47,768 nt of DNA from a virus. Lineage: Duplodnaviria > Caudoviricetes. Below the pieces are notes generated by a model. It did not search any database. It was not told where the DNA came from and saw only the letters and a program-made list of their open reading frames with translations. The stretch's first letter is position 1. Every line of letters starts with the position of its first letter. Location of the stretch: the IMG/VR virus record IMGVR_UViG_3300012940_000007, positions 1 through 47,768 of that record. One strand, 5' to 3'. Shown in pieces: positions 25,509 to 36,594 of this stretch. A program made the translations under genes and the position numbers.

Positions 25509-26216
25509 TTAACTCCCTAATATTTTTCTGACATACGGGCCTGTTTCTTGAGGTCTAGGTAAGAAGCTAATCCAATTACTACTTCCTGCCCTTTCCGCTC
25601 TTGCTATAGCCCTACGGACATTACCCTCACCTGCATTATAAGCGGCTACGGCATATGCATAATTACCGTTGAACTGTCTGAGCATAGCCTGCAAATACTC
25701 CCTGCCTACCCTCAAGTATTCTTCCTGAGACTCATTCTGCAAAGGTTTGATACCATATCCAGGATTCCTTCCTGTAGCAGGCATGATCTGAGTAATCCCC
25801 CTAGCCCCTACGGGGGAGGTGGTAAGCTGTCCCCTAGAGTTTGTGTGCCTACCTCTGCTCTCTGCTTGGATTAGGTTAGCAAATACTCCCTCAAACCCTT
25901 CTGCATTGGTTGGGGCTATGTAAGTGCTCTGAGGGCTGTCAGGACCTCCTGTAGGCTCCTCGATAACATGTCTGTTACCCCACTCCATCTCCCAAGGGAA
26001 TTTCCCTACAGGGGCTGTTTCCTGCTGTCCTGTAGGCTCTGGTCCGTAGTCAGGTTGATCCCCCCAAGACATCTCCCAAGGATTGGATGATAGTTTTTCT
26101 CCTTGGGCAGGGACAGGCTGATCCAAGACAGGAGCAGGGGCTTCTATTACATCATTGTCCTGCTGTACCGGAGCTTGGTTTAACTCTCCAGTTGTTTCTA
26201 TCTCGGGTGTTGCCAT
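25509..26216 (-). CDS. Virion-associated lytic transglycosylase (SLT domain)
   Basis: LIQAESRG, GARGITQIMPAT, AAYNAGEG, ETGPYV. Confidence 0.9.
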   Translation of the reverse strand: MATPEIETTGELNQAPVQQDNDVIEAPAPVLDQPVPAQGEKLSSNPWEMSWGDQPDYGPEPTGQQETAPVGKFPWEMEWGNRHVIEEPTGGPDSPQSTYIAPTNAEGFEGVFANLIQAESRGRHTNSRGQLTTSPVGARGITQIMPATGRNPGYGIKPLQNESQEEYLRVGREYLQAMLRQFNGNYAYAVAAYNAGEGNVRRAIARAERAGSSNWISFLPRPQETGPYVRKILGS

Positions 26217-28017
26217 TAGGGCCTCCTATCCATTCGTACACTGTTCCATCAGGAGCTACCTTATCTCCTTGCAGCTTAGCTTGATCACCGTAATAGTAAG
26301 GGAGGATAGAAGCCTTGTTCTGTTCCCAATACTGCTGGTAATCTGTAGTACCCTCTAAGTGAGCACCAATCCGTACAATCTGAGTGAGAGCTTGTGCTTG
26401 AGGCATCAAATCCCTAGCACGCTCAGTTACGATACGATTAAGGCTAGAAGTGCCATAGTCCTGCCCTGTCTTAGGTACGAAAGATACTTGACCATTGGTG
26501 AATCTTATATCCAAGGCATCCATAGTGGCACCTGATACAGGAGGGTCATTAGGGCGGTTCTGACGTGCGCCTACAGGGATAGGTTGGTTAAGCTGTTCCT
26601 GAATACCTTGGTCGATAGACTTCCGGTAAATCTGCATATAGGCATTACGGGCTGTATCCGCTACATCTGCCCTCATACCTCCTTCTTTCACGAAGTATGC
26701 AAACTCAGGGCTTCCCATAAATTGAGCCACTTCTTTCAGGTCAGTGTCTCTAACCTTACGGGAGTTGAACTTATCCCCTAGCTGATCCAAGATGTTATTA
26801 GCAAGTTGGAAGGCCTCCTTTTTAGCCACTTCAGGGCGAGATGTCTGACCTGATCTAACTAGGTTAAGACTCTCTTTAGCATGGCTGTACAGAGTTACCT
26901 CTGCTGTCTTACCGATACCCCCTCCTACTACATTAGGAACATCTGACTTATTAGTCAAGTCTTCTGTAGTGAATCTGGCCAGGGCTTCAGCAGTGATATG
27001 CTCCACTGTCTGACTTCCTGATACAGTACGACCTACTAACTCACTCAGAGCAGCCGCTGTAGCAACTTGTGGACTCTTCTGTAGGGAAATCAGTTTAGAC
27101 CGGTTAACAATAGCTTTGGCTTCGTTATCCAAGTCAGTGCTCTCTCCCTCAAGACGTTTAACCTGTGTGTCAAGATAGGTAGTGAGTGTGTTACGGAAAG
27201 GAGAGCCCATGCTAGGATCGGCTGCAGTAATAGCATCAATCCCCTGACTAGACTTAGCAGCAAGCCTCTGAATCTCGGCACGAGCCTGCTCAAGAGGTAT
27301 CTTACCTGCCCGATGATCTGCAATGATCTTGTCAGTCTGAACACTTAGCTCTTGGAAGGAGGTGCCTGCAAACCCTGTAATGAGCTTAGTAGTCTCTTCC
27401 TTCTTACGCCTATCTTCCTGACTCTGATTGAACCCCGTAGCAGAGCGATTAGCTGCTGCCTGTTGCTCATTGAATGTGAAGTCCTGCATCATGGTCTGCT
27501 TATCAGTCTGGTGCTTCATAAGCTGATTGATGTAGTTGTCATCTGCATCAGGAGGAACGTAGACATCTTTCCCTCTCAAGTAGGTGACATTAGCCTTACG
27601 CTGCTCTTCTGCTTGGTTTACAACTGCCCCAACCTCTGTGGAGCCTAGAGCCAAGTCCTGAGACTTCTTGAAGCTCTCAAGCCATCCATTCTCTGCTGCA
27701 ATAGTGGTGTATTGAGCGTTGATCCTACGAGTCTTGGCGGCTATCTCTGCAGGAGAGAGACCTTGGGAGGCAGCATCTTGTAGAGAAGCAATTTCCCTAG
27801 TGTATCTCCCCATTGTCTCATTCTCTCGCTGCTTAGCTTGATCCTTAGCCTTCTGCTCCTCTCCTTGTCGGAGGGTGTTCACAAGGTCTACGCCAAGCTG
27901 AGAGATACCGCTAGGGATTTGAATAGAGGAGGTAGCTGGCTGAACACCCTCTATAACCCTTGCCCCCGCCCCTTGAGGGGCAGAGAGGTCTGTTGCTTTA
28001 ATTCCAAATTCAGCCAA
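26152..28017 (-). CDS. Internal virion (ejection) protein, 621 aa
   Basis: Helical Q/A/E-rich composition; position after the large internal protein. Confidence 0.7.
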   Translation of the reverse strand: MAEFGIKATDLSAPQGAGARVIEGVQPATSSIQIPSGISQLGVDLVNTLRQGEEQKAKDQAKQRENETMGRYTREIASLQDAASQGLSPAEIAAKTRRINAQYTTIAAENGWLESFKKSQDLALGSTEVGAVVNQAEEQRKANVTYLRGKDVYVPPDADDNYINQLMKHQTDKQTMMQDFTFNEQQAAANRSATGFNQSQEDRRKKEETTKLITGFAGTSFQELSVQTDKIIADHRAGKIPLEQARAEIQRLAAKSSQGIDAITAADPSMGSPFRNTLTTYLDTQVKRLEGESTDLDNEAKAIVNRSKLISLQKSPQVATAAALSELVGRTVSGSQTVEHITAEALARFTTEDLTNKSDVPNVVGGGIGKTAEVTLYSHAKESLNLVRSGQTSRPEVAKKEAFQLANNILDQLGDKFNSRKVRDTDLKEVAQFMGSPEFAYFVKEGGMRADVADTARNAYMQIYRKSIDQGIQEQLNQPIPVGARQNRPNDPPVSGATMDALDIRFTNGQVSFVPKTGQDYGTSSLNRIVTERARDLMPQAQALTQIVRIGAHLEGTTDYQQYWEQNKASILPYYYGDQAKLQGDKVAPDGTVYEWIGGPNGNTRDRNNWRVKPSSGTAGQ

Positions 28018-31000
28018 TTATTCACCTCTTTTATTTAAGTTTTCTGATATAGTATTTAAGTCTTGAAGGAACTTAATAGCGTTATCCTTCTCTTGGTCTG
28101 AAAGAGGAGAACCCTTAATCAGAGGAATCAATTTATCCTTGTCTGGCAACCCTGAAGAATCAATCAATGTCTTAGTGATTTGCAGCTCAGGGTCTTTAGT
28201 CATACGAGATACCTGTGCATCAACCAGCTTAGCCATAGCAGGGTCTTGAGTAGCAAGGAACATCAAAGCAGCAGATCGTTTAGAAACCATCTCAGCAGAG
28301 TCGAATCTCTTATCATCTGATGAATTCATAGCCACTTCAATAATACCTTCAGCCAATTCCTTAGCCGTGCTTTCGGCACTCTCTTTACGATCATACAATC
28401 TCTGCCGGGTCTCATAGAACTGCCCTACCTCTTTAGGAGCAAAGCCAAATGCCATAGCAAGGGCTTCAGTAGTGGTGACATTCTTGTCAATAGGTAAGCC
28501 CTTCTTATCCAGATATTGCTTAGTCTGATAAGCCATGTATGCCTTAGTAGTATTGTTCCAGACTGAGGATATCTTAGCGAATGTATTGATAACATCCATG
28601 ATATCCTCTTCTGCCTCAAGCCCCTCTTCTGAAGGGGAGAGATAGCGGAACAATGTCTGCATTGCTGTACCAAACCTACCTGAATCTTTAAACAAGAGCT
28701 GACCTGAAGGAGAGCTTGTAAGGATTGCTCCTAACCCGCTTCCTTGACCATCACTGCCCCACACCCTTCCTGCCAGATCACCAATACTTCCTAAGTTATA
28801 GGGAGCAAGAGATGAGAAGTCAATATTCGTATCGTCGCCAGCTATCGCACCAAGGCTCTCATTGATAATCCATGCCGCTGCACCTGAGACAATAGCATCC
28901 CTCCATTCAGGGTCTTGGGGAAGCATTTTATCCCCAAAGGTTTCTGTCAGAAGGTATGTTCCAGGTATCCCCCACATAACCAAATCCCCCGCTGCCATTC
29001 TTAACCTAGCATCCAAAGGGATACGTCTGTTAGTCAGCCCGAGAACAAACTTATGTGGTACTTGAGCAAACTGCATAGGAACAGACATCCAGTTCTGTGT
29101 ATAAGCCAAATCACCTGCCTTATTCATTTCACCAGATATAGCCCGAGTCTCTGACTGAATCTCAGCCAATACACGAGCATCTGACAGATCAGCCCCTTTC
29201 CTTTCGTACTTGGAATACACTGCTGCATAGTGACCAATCAAGTTGGCCTTCTCTCCTACATCGAAACCAATCTTACGAGAGAACTCAGAAGCCCTAGAGA
29301 ATCCTTTTATAACCTTGTTGGATGTATCTGCCGCTTGGAGCATCGCTCCCCGTACCAGACTTGATCTATCCACACCATCTAGCAAACCTGTATCCTGAAG
29401 TGCTTTGACAAATCTACTTTCTTCAGCAGTCATCCTACCGCCCATCTTATACTTCACTGCTGATGAGATGTACCCAGGGATTCTACCTGACATCCAATCA
29501 ATCGGGTTATAGGCCACTGTACGAGCTACTTGAATAGGCTGCATAATCCAGTTTCGGATAGGGTTGAGGGCAATGTATGCTTGGAAGGCTACAGCACGGG
29601 CTGCACCAGTTAAACCTACATCTCCAGCAGTACGGGCACCTCTTTCCAGAGCACCTAGACCAACCTTACCAAGACCATCTCCCACCCAATTCATGATAGC
29701 TTTCGTTGTCTCATCAATTGTGTTGATGTATCCGTTCTCCATTCGATTGATATATTCAAATGTAGTACGAGCGTCAGCTAATTCCTTAGTGGTGTATGCG
29801 CCCTTAACAGCCAGATTTTTAATGTCACTAGGGTAGACCGGGTTACCGAATTGATCTTTAGGAAGCATGTGTCCGTATTGCTTCATTGCACGGGCCTTAG
29901 CTGTTTCAATGGCAGGACGGGACACTGTACGACCAGAGATACTACGAGCAGCCCTAATAGCTGAATCAATGGGGTTCTCAATGAAGGTGTAGTCTAGGTG
30001 GTTAAGTCCATCAGCACCCTCCAACAGCTTACCTCTTCGTCTTTGAGCAATGCGTCCTGATACAGAGTTAACTGACCAGTATGAATCACCTTCCCTGCGG
30101 ATACCTCGTTCGTCCCCACGCTGTCTGTATTCCTTGCCGTTGATCTGCTTTAGACGTGCTATCTCTGCCTCTGCCGATGGAATATCCCCTGCAACAGCTA
30201 CAGCTCTGGTAGTGCCATCTGGTCTTACCTCATCAATGAATCGGGCATTCTTGTATTGAATTTGGAAGTACCCTTCACGGTAGTTAAGCACCTTATCTGT
30301 ATCATCCAGAGTTCTCAGGTATTCATCAGGAGTGTTCCTGACGATCATATGAGTAACCGACACACCATCAAAGTCTGTAGTTTCTTTGAATGTAGCCAGA
30401 GTACCACCTTGGCTATACAGATCGTCCAGCTCTGCTTGAGTTAAATCTCTTACAGAGTCAGTAGCAGGATCAAAAACATTAGTGCGGTTATTTGTATTCT
30501 TGGCAACAGGTCTAGCAAAGTATCTATCCCCTAATTTGGTCTCAAGAATCTGATATCCTTCTGCACGATATGTACGTACTCTATCCAGATTCTCTAACTG
30601 ATAATGTGTATCCCAGAAGTTACGAAAATCCTTCATTGCACCTATTTCTGTATCCCCAAAGCCACGAGCCTTGAGTTCTGCCACATTATGTGGAAGACCA
30701 TCTCGGTTAGCTTCTAACAGGTATTCCCATATCTTCTTCTGACGGTCTTTAGGGAACTTCACATACTGCTTAGCAAATACATCTGCTTGTTTCAGCAACA
30801 GCTTATCCAACCTAGAGCCTCTATCCACTGCCGTAGCAAATGATCCAGAGATGGCGGGGTGGACATTACTGGCTGCATCTACCAACATACGGTTGACAGT
30901 GCCTGATCCTGTAAACTGAGTAGAAGGAAATCGATCAAAGAAGTTACGCTTTACATCGAAGTGCTCCCAACCGTCTCCCATCAGCTCCAGGTTTTGATCA

Positions 31001-33087
31001 ATGGTTTTAGATATTTGTACTTTATAGTCCCCCTGTACTCCTCGTACAGAAGCAGGATCAACTGGTACATAATCTACCCCATCTCTCTTAACAACTGTGA
31101 TGTCCTTATCCAGAACACCATAATCTCTCAGAGCATGTTTAGTCTGCCTTACAGCATCTTCAGCGGTGATGAAACCCCCCTCTGATGTGCCATACATAGC
31201 TCGTACATCCAACTGTCCCCCATTAACATCCACTCGGAATGTAGCTTCAGCATCATGAGGGGTAAGTCCGTTTACATTCTTGAAGTCATGCAGTACGTTA
31301 GATGCTTGAATGTCCTGCTCTTTACGTGTGAACCTCAAACCTCCCTCATCATAAGGAAAGTCTGTTTTCATTGTGCGCTCTACATCTACCACCTTAGCAG
31401 CCACCTTGTTGCTCTCTGTAGCCATCTGAGGCATCACCTGAGCCACGATAGCATCCTGTTTGGATGTACCATAGCCAGCCAAGGCTAAATCCTCTCCTGG
31501 GCTGTTGTAGAGGGCTTTAAAGGCATTCCGTCCCTTAGAGGGGTTGAAGTAGCCAAGTACGTTAGCTGCTGCTGAAGGGTTAACTGGGGCGATAACACTA
31601 TTCATCTCTACCCGACTAATTGCATCCATAATAGGATTAAGCCTAGCAGGGACCACCTCTGTACCTTGACTAAGTACACTGATACGATTTTCTACAGCAG
31701 GGATACGGTTAGCTGCCTGTTGTGCTTTAGCATTAGCTTCAAGAGATGCATTGATCCCATTCTCTCTGGCTTCCAGCTCCACTCTACGGGCATCTGCCTC
31801 TTTACGGGCTTGGCTTAGTCCTTGCTTGTATGAAACACCGTCTAGCTGAATCTCTTTGGCACGAGCCTTAATTGTATCCTCAGTGAGATTCCTCATCTCT
31901 GACTGAATAGTAGACAATTCACCTCTCAGGTTGGATACACTTCCTGGGTCCAGTATGTTAGAACTTTCTGCAATCAAGCCCTGATGCTCTGCTTTAGCGG
32001 CATCTAGTGCATCTGCTCTGGCAGGAACAACTGCTTCAGGCAAGGATTTAGCAAGACCGTCTGAAGAGATGTTGGTGCTGTTTCTGATATCCTTAGATAT
32101 CTGTGTAGCCTCTTCTGCTGCCTGCCCTGCTCTGGCTGCATCTCCTACTCGTCTACCCGCTGTGAGAGCTTTCCATGAACCTTTCAGGGTTACACCGACA
32201 CCTAGAATGTCTAGGATATTAAGGGCTGAATCAAATACAGCCTCAGTGGTGGTATACTCTCCCTGTAGATAACGGTTGGCCATATTAACAGCAGCCACCT
32301 GATTCTCGTTGAAGATGATGCCATCATTCTCTTTAACAGCATTCAGAAGATCACCAAGCATCTGTGTCTTGGTATAATCATCCATGTTGTCAAACTTCTC
32401 TTTGAACTCTTGGGTAGAGAACCCTGTCAACACCATATCTTTGATGGTCTTAACAACACCCCTGCTGCCTTCCCCCATCAGCTCAGAAGCTGCTGCTTGG
32501 AATCCTACGGACTCTGCTGCTTCATTACCAGGGGTAAACACACGTAACCATTCAAAGCTACGAGCAATTCCTGTAGTGGAGTTGTTATCTTGTACGAAGG
32601 CATTGATTAGAGACTGTCTCTCACCTTTCTTGGCATAATAGTCTGCCAGAGTATCGGCTGTAGTAACCCTCACTGCATCTTGGTCTGGAGTCATTCCCTC
32701 GCTGTCTGCTGTAAGAGCAGAGGTGGCAAGGTTAACCTCTGGATCGGAGAGGAAGCTGGAGGAGCTGAAATTATCTACAGCCGCTTGCTTCTGCTCAATG
32801 GGGATATTAGGGTCAGACATCGTGCCTACCAGGGCATTGAAATCACCCTCGGCATTTGTCTGTTGAATCTGATTATTAGTCTCTTGTAAAGACTGCTCAC
32901 TCCCTACCACTTTATCTGCCATGTAGGTTTGGAAATTCTCTACAGGCTCTCCTGTCTGCAATGCAGAGATGGCCGCCCGGTTTCTATTCTGAGAGGGGGG
33001 TAAGGGATCATTTGTCCCCGTACTAGTGTCAATCAATTGATCGATAGGGGTAGGCTCTGTTCCGAGCAATTCATCTAAACTAGCCAT
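28018..33087 (-). CDS. Large internal virion (ejection) protein, 1689 aa
   Basis: Size and position typical of podovirus core proteins. Confidence 0.75.
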   Translation of the reverse strand: MASLDELLGTEPTPIDQLIDTSTGTNDPLPPSQNRNRAAISALQTGEPVENFQTYMADKVVGSEQSLQETNNQIQQTNAEGDFNALVGTMSDPNIPIEQKQAAVDNFSSSSFLSDPEVNLATSALTADSEGMTPDQDAVRVTTADTLADYYAKKGERQSLINAFVQDNNSTTGIARSFEWLRVFTPGNEAAESVGFQAAASELMGEGSRGVVKTIKDMVLTGFSTQEFKEKFDNMDDYTKTQMLGDLLNAVKENDGIIFNENQVAAVNMANRYLQGEYTTTEAVFDSALNILDILGVGVTLKGSWKALTAGRRVGDAARAGQAAEEATQISKDIRNSTNISSDGLAKSLPEAVVPARADALDAAKAEHQGLIAESSNILDPGSVSNLRGELSTIQSEMRNLTEDTIKARAKEIQLDGVSYKQGLSQARKEADARRVELEARENGINASLEANAKAQQAANRIPAVENRISVLSQGTEVVPARLNPIMDAISRVEMNSVIAPVNPSAAANVLGYFNPSKGRNAFKALYNSPGEDLALAGYGTSKQDAIVAQVMPQMATESNKVAAKVVDVERTMKTDFPYDEGGLRFTRKEQDIQASNVLHDFKNVNGLTPHDAEATFRVDVNGGQLDVRAMYGTSEGGFITAEDAVRQTKHALRDYGVLDKDITVVKRDGVDYVPVDPASVRGVQGDYKVQISKTIDQNLELMGDGWEHFDVKRNFFDRFPSTQFTGSGTVNRMLVDAASNVHPAISGSFATAVDRGSRLDKLLLKQADVFAKQYVKFPKDRQKKIWEYLLEANRDGLPHNVAELKARGFGDTEIGAMKDFRNFWDTHYQLENLDRVRTYRAEGYQILETKLGDRYFARPVAKNTNNRTNVFDPATDSVRDLTQAELDDLYSQGGTLATFKETTDFDGVSVTHMIVRNTPDEYLRTLDDTDKVLNYREGYFQIQYKNARFIDEVRPDGTTRAVAVAGDIPSAEAEIARLKQINGKEYRQRGDERGIRREGDSYWSVNSVSGRIAQRRRGKLLEGADGLNHLDYTFIENPIDSAIRAARSISGRTVSRPAIETAKARAMKQYGHMLPKDQFGNPVYPSDIKNLAVKGAYTTKELADARTTFEYINRMENGYINTIDETTKAIMNWVGDGLGKVGLGALERGARTAGDVGLTGAARAVAFQAYIALNPIRNWIMQPIQVARTVAYNPIDWMSGRIPGYISSAVKYKMGGRMTAEESRFVKALQDTGLLDGVDRSSLVRGAMLQAADTSNKVIKGFSRASEFSRKIGFDVGEKANLIGHYAAVYSKYERKGADLSDARVLAEIQSETRAISGEMNKAGDLAYTQNWMSVPMQFAQVPHKFVLGLTNRRIPLDARLRMAAGDLVMWGIPGTYLLTETFGDKMLPQDPEWRDAIVSGAAAWIINESLGAIAGDDTNIDFSSLAPYNLGSIGDLAGRVWGSDGQGSGLGAILTSSPSGQLLFKDSGRFGTAMQTLFRYLSPSEEGLEAEEDIMDVINTFAKISSVWNNTTKAYMAYQTKQYLDKKGLPIDKNVTTTEALAMAFGFAPKEVGQFYETRQRLYDRKESAESTAKELAEGIIEVAMNSSDDKRFDSAEMVSKRSAALMFLATQDPAMAKLVDAQVSRMTKDPELQITKTLIDSSGLPDKDKLIPLIKGSPLSDQEKDNAIKFLQDLNTISENLNKRGE

Positions 33088-33095
33088 TGTGTTCC

Positions 33096-33641
33096 TTAAA
33101 TGTTAATATCTGAGGGCATGCCCCATTGGTTTGTAGGACGAGGTGAACTCGATCCTCCAATTCCCTGTAGGGTATTAAATCCACCCCCTGCTTGGAATAT
33201 GCTAGAGCCTATTCCTGAGACTTGATTCCAAAGAGATGCATTAGCCCCTGCCTGATTAGCTTGTCCCATGAAGTTAGCTGCATTCTGACTATACCCGCTG
33301 ATATTCTGAGCAGATTGTAGCATACCTAGATTAGCTCCGATGTTCGTATTCAGATTAGTGGATATGGCACTTAGTGCTCCGAGCTCCCCTGAGCTTCCTG
33401 CAACACCAGTATTAGCCGCTGATTGCATCACCCTACCTCGTCTAACCCTCGCCTCTCTTAGCTGTGCCCTTTTTTCATCAGAAGCTGCTTTAGCATTCTG
33501 AGCCTCTTGTCCCCGCTGGATATTCTCTTGTTCTTCTGCTGCCCTATCTTGAGCACGGCCTTGCCGTCTCTGAGCATCCATAGAGGACACTGTGCCGCCT
33601 ACAGCAGCCACTGCCCCGATCACTGTAGATGTCACTGCCAT
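33096..33641 (-). CDS. Small internal virion protein (T7 gp14-like)
   Basis: Hydrophobic Gly/Ala N-terminus, Q/A-rich coil, SAANTGVAGSS motif. Confidence 0.7.
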   Translation of the reverse strand: MAVTSTVIGAVAAVGGTVSSMDAQRRQGRAQDRAAEEQENIQRGQEAQNAKAASDEKRAQLREARVRRGRVMQSAANTGVAGSSGELGALSAISTNLNTNIGANLGMLQSAQNISGYSQNAANFMGQANQAGANASLWNQVSGIGSSIFQAGGGFNTLQGIGGSSSPRPTNQWGMPSDINI

Positions 33642-33642
33642 T

Positions 33643-34092
33643 CTATAGCTCCTTGCTGTACATAATCTCCTGCACCTTGCAACCCATCTTAGGGAGGATT
33701 GCAGATAGGGCAGTGTTTTCTTTCGCGTGCCATAACATGAAATTACAGCCTCGTTCTTTCGCTACTCTCTCTGTCTCCTTAATCAGGAGGAGCCCTACCC
33801 TTCCTTGTCTCTTTTCAGGGGTCAGGAACAGGAGGTCATTAGAGCACATGATTACACTCTTGTAATGCAGATGGGGGGAGACAATATTCAGGGAGTATCC
33901 CACTAGCTTGTCATCCTCATAGGCGTACAAACCGAAGAGAACCCCTGCGTCTTCCAATACCTGGTACTTATCGTAGTCAGGCTCCAAGATCATTATATCT
34001 TTGTTCTTAGTTAGTTCATCGTAATGGAGGGGGAGGAGACTTTGCATCTTCTCCCTGTTCCCCATAGGGCTTTCTTCGTATATGTTTATCAT
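33643..34092 (-). CDS. GNAT-family acetyltransferase
   Basis: LFLTPEKRQGRVGLLLIK acetyl-CoA-binding motif A. Confidence 0.8.
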   Translation of the reverse strand: MINIYEESPMGNREKMQSLLPLHYDELTKNKDIMILEPDYDKYQVLEDAGVLFGLYAYEDDKLVGYSLNIVSPHLHYKSVIMCSNDLLFLTPEKRQGRVGLLLIKETERVAKERGCNFMLWHAKENTALSAILPKMGCKVQEIMYSKEL

Positions 34093-36413
34093 GTCAAAGC
34101 GTTCGCATTAAGTGTAATGTTCCATCCGAGTATATGGCAGTCTTTCAACGGTTCAGTCTCAAAGTACATAGCAAAGGATTTACCTCTCCCTCTGAACTTG
34201 TTCTTTGTTGTGACTACAGAGAATCCATTGTCGAATGTCTCATTTCCAGAATAGTAAGGGCGTCTGTAACGATAGGTCTGTTGTAGCTCTGACCACTTGT
34301 TACTCTGCACCTTATTGGCAAATGCCCATTGACCCCTCATCAAGCAAGAGGACTGACGGAAAGGTTGGTCATTCTCATCCAGCATAGTCTCTGTCTTGGC
34401 AAAGTGCATCACTACATACGCCCCTTGCTTATCAACACCCGCATCACCTGCTGTCTGAGTACCTGTCAAGCAAAATGCCTTAGCATCCCATCCGCCAAAC
34501 TCTTTAAAGTCTATGAAGTCTGGGTCACGATAGTTAGCAAAGGTCATCTTCAATGTTCCTGATCCGTCATTGACTACAACTAAGTACTTGACGTAGTTCA
34601 AAGACCTTCTTACAGTTTCATCTACAAAGGCAGCAACCACTGGCTCATTACCTGCAAATACGGGCTCTATCCCTACAGCCACCTCATCCAGAAGCTGCTC
34701 ATCTACGAAGCTAGACGCTGTATTAAAGATACCTAATACAGAAATCTCTCCAGTATCTGTCCCGTATATCTTATTCAAGTAGAATGCAGATAGAGAGGTG
34801 TCTAGTACCATCTCATACATAAACCCTTTATCCCTGTACAGCCACTTGATGTTCTTAGAGTATTTGTCGTAAGCCCCGAAACAACTTTCCTTACTAGATA
34901 AGTAAATTGAATCGTAATAGGTCTGGATACTTCCTAGGGTTATGTTGGTAACTTGTAGATCACCGTACTGATTGCGTCCAACTTGGTAGATGGCATCCTC
35001 AGCCCAATAGTATACATTGTCATTCTCTACTACTACAGAAGATTCTGTCAGACAACCAAAAGAACTAATCTTAGCCACTTTGTAGTTGGTTGCAGAGAAC
35101 CCATAATCGCTCCCCCCATTGATTGACCAAATGCCGTTAGATGCAAGGACAATCAACTCTGTCTTGGTGGGAACCATAGCAATAATTTCTTTAGCTTCAG
35201 AGATACGTAGGAAACCCCCATCTGTATCTAGCAGGTCAGCACTATCTCTTGAAGTTGGATCACCTGTTTGGTAGCACTTGGGGATGTCTGTCCTGTTGTG
35301 AACCAGTTGTGAGAAGAATACATAGTTAGCAAGATTGGGGCTTCTATCGTCCCCCTGCACCACTGTCCCATCAAAACCTGAGAAGAATACTCGTCCTGCA
35401 AACTCTGCTACGCACTTAGCTCCTCCTGTAGTACGGTCCACTGGAGGATTGAACGGAGGAAGTATATACCCCCCGCCTGTACTCCCGAGCTGAGGATGCT
35501 TAGCCTGATTCCGATAGAACTCGTCTATACGAGACTGCCCTCTCTCCAACACGTCAATGATGAAATAGCCTTTAGCGGCCTTTAAATCTGCTCCCAACAC
35601 TTCATCGTACAGGTTGGTATACATAGCTTCAAATGGCTCATCGTATCCCGTTCCTGTGTAGTTTCTGGGGGAGAATTGCATCCCTACCCATACCTGCTCT
35701 CCATTGGAGGGGATTAAATCACCCTTGGCAGCTCTGAATACTAATTGAGGATCACTCAAGAACCCCTGCCGGTTCCTTCTAGGAACTCCCCAAGATTGGT
35801 TCTGGTTGTTATAGTATTGCAATATTTCAAGAGGACCTCGGAAGGAGGGGTCAGTCTCTACATTGACATTAGGGGTCTGTACTCCCCACTGGTCCCGAGT
35901 CTTTAGCTGTACGTATTCTGTAGAGAATACCCCGGTGCTTTGGTTGTAAGACACCACCGCAATGTTTCTAACTCCTGCTACAACAATCAGAGAGCCTTCA
36001 GAAGAGGTCACGCTGAATTTCAATCCAGAGGGGATTGTTTCCCCTGTGAACAAGAACTGAGTTCCTTTGTAGCCGGTGGAGGATAGATAGTTTTCTTCCA
36101 GGTCAAAGAAAGAGAGTGCCTGCCCATGCTGTACAACTAGCATTTCAAATCCACCTTCTTCGGAGAACTCTTGCCACTCGTATACATTAAATGCAGAGGT
36201 ATCGGAGTCTTCAGGCAGTATGGAAGTATTACGGAGGATATGAGACTCTTCTACGTTCATCCCTAGCCTACGCTTACGTGTACCATCCCTGCGAAGCTCA
36301 AAGTTCTCCTCTGCTGCTGAAGCATTAGGGGGGAAGTTTAGCTCAGAAGCCTCAGTTATAAGGCCCTTGACGAAGGTGTTAATCTCCGCCCTTGTCGATT
36401 GCTTTACGGGCAT
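34089..36413 (-). CDS. Tail tubular protein B / nozzle
   Basis: 774 aa, beta-rich, FAGRVFF motif; follows the adaptor gene. Confidence 0.8.
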   Translation of the reverse strand: MPVKQSTRAEINTFVKGLITEASELNFPPNASAAEENFELRRDGTRKRRLGMNVEESHILRNTSILPEDSDTSAFNVYEWQEFSEEGGFEMLVVQHGQALSFFDLEENYLSSTGYKGTQFLFTGETIPSGLKFSVTSSEGSLIVVAGVRNIAVVSYNQSTGVFSTEYVQLKTRDQWGVQTPNVNVETDPSFRGPLEILQYYNNQNQSWGVPRRNRQGFLSDPQLVFRAAKGDLIPSNGEQVWVGMQFSPRNYTGTGYDEPFEAMYTNLYDEVLGADLKAAKGYFIIDVLERGQSRIDEFYRNQAKHPQLGSTGGGYILPPFNPPVDRTTGGAKCVAEFAGRVFFSGFDGTVVQGDDRSPNLANYVFFSQLVHNRTDIPKCYQTGDPTSRDSADLLDTDGGFLRISEAKEIIAMVPTKTELIVLASNGIWSINGGSDYGFSATNYKVAKISSFGCLTESSVVVENDNVYYWAEDAIYQVGRNQYGDLQVTNITLGSIQTYYDSIYLSSKESCFGAYDKYSKNIKWLYRDKGFMYEMVLDTSLSAFYLNKIYGTDTGEISVLGIFNTASSFVDEQLLDEVAVGIEPVFAGNEPVVAAFVDETVRRSLNYVKYLVVVNDGSGTLKMTFANYRDPDFIDFKEFGGWDAKAFCLTGTQTAGDAGVDKQGAYVVMHFAKTETMLDENDQPFRQSSCLMRGQWAFANKVQSNKWSELQQTYRYRRPYYSGNETFDNGFSVVTTKNKFRGRGKSFAMYFETEPLKDCHILGWNITLNANALT

Positions 36414-36594
36414 TATAAGTCCTCTTAGGTGGTTTAGGAGTCAGGTAGATATCAATGGCCTCTTTCGCCTTGCCTACGCTCGTATAGATGCTTCCCAAGT
36501 AGTCTGGGATTGACCCGCCTACTCCGGGGACAGATACTTCATAGCTAGGTAGAAATTTCTTGCTCGGTTTAATTAAAAATCCCCTGTAATTCAC
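36379..36594 (-). CDS. Hypothetical protein (71 aa)
   Basis: GAGG RBS; GTGA overlap with the adaptor gene. Confidence 0.65.
   Translation of the reverse strand: MNYRGFLIKPSKKFLPSYEVSVPGVGGSIPDYLGSIYTSVGKAKEAIDIYLTPKPPKRTYNARKAIDKGGD

Noticed and set aside
26152-26216. Frameshift fusion of the 621-aa protein to the transglycosylase
   Set aside because: The transglycosylase has its own GGAGG RBS and ATG, and I see no slippery heptamer in the overlap.
33643-34092. GNAT acetyltransferase in the tail module as a novelty
   Set aside because: A small GNAT-like gene between the nozzle and ejection genes is a common podovirus arrangement.
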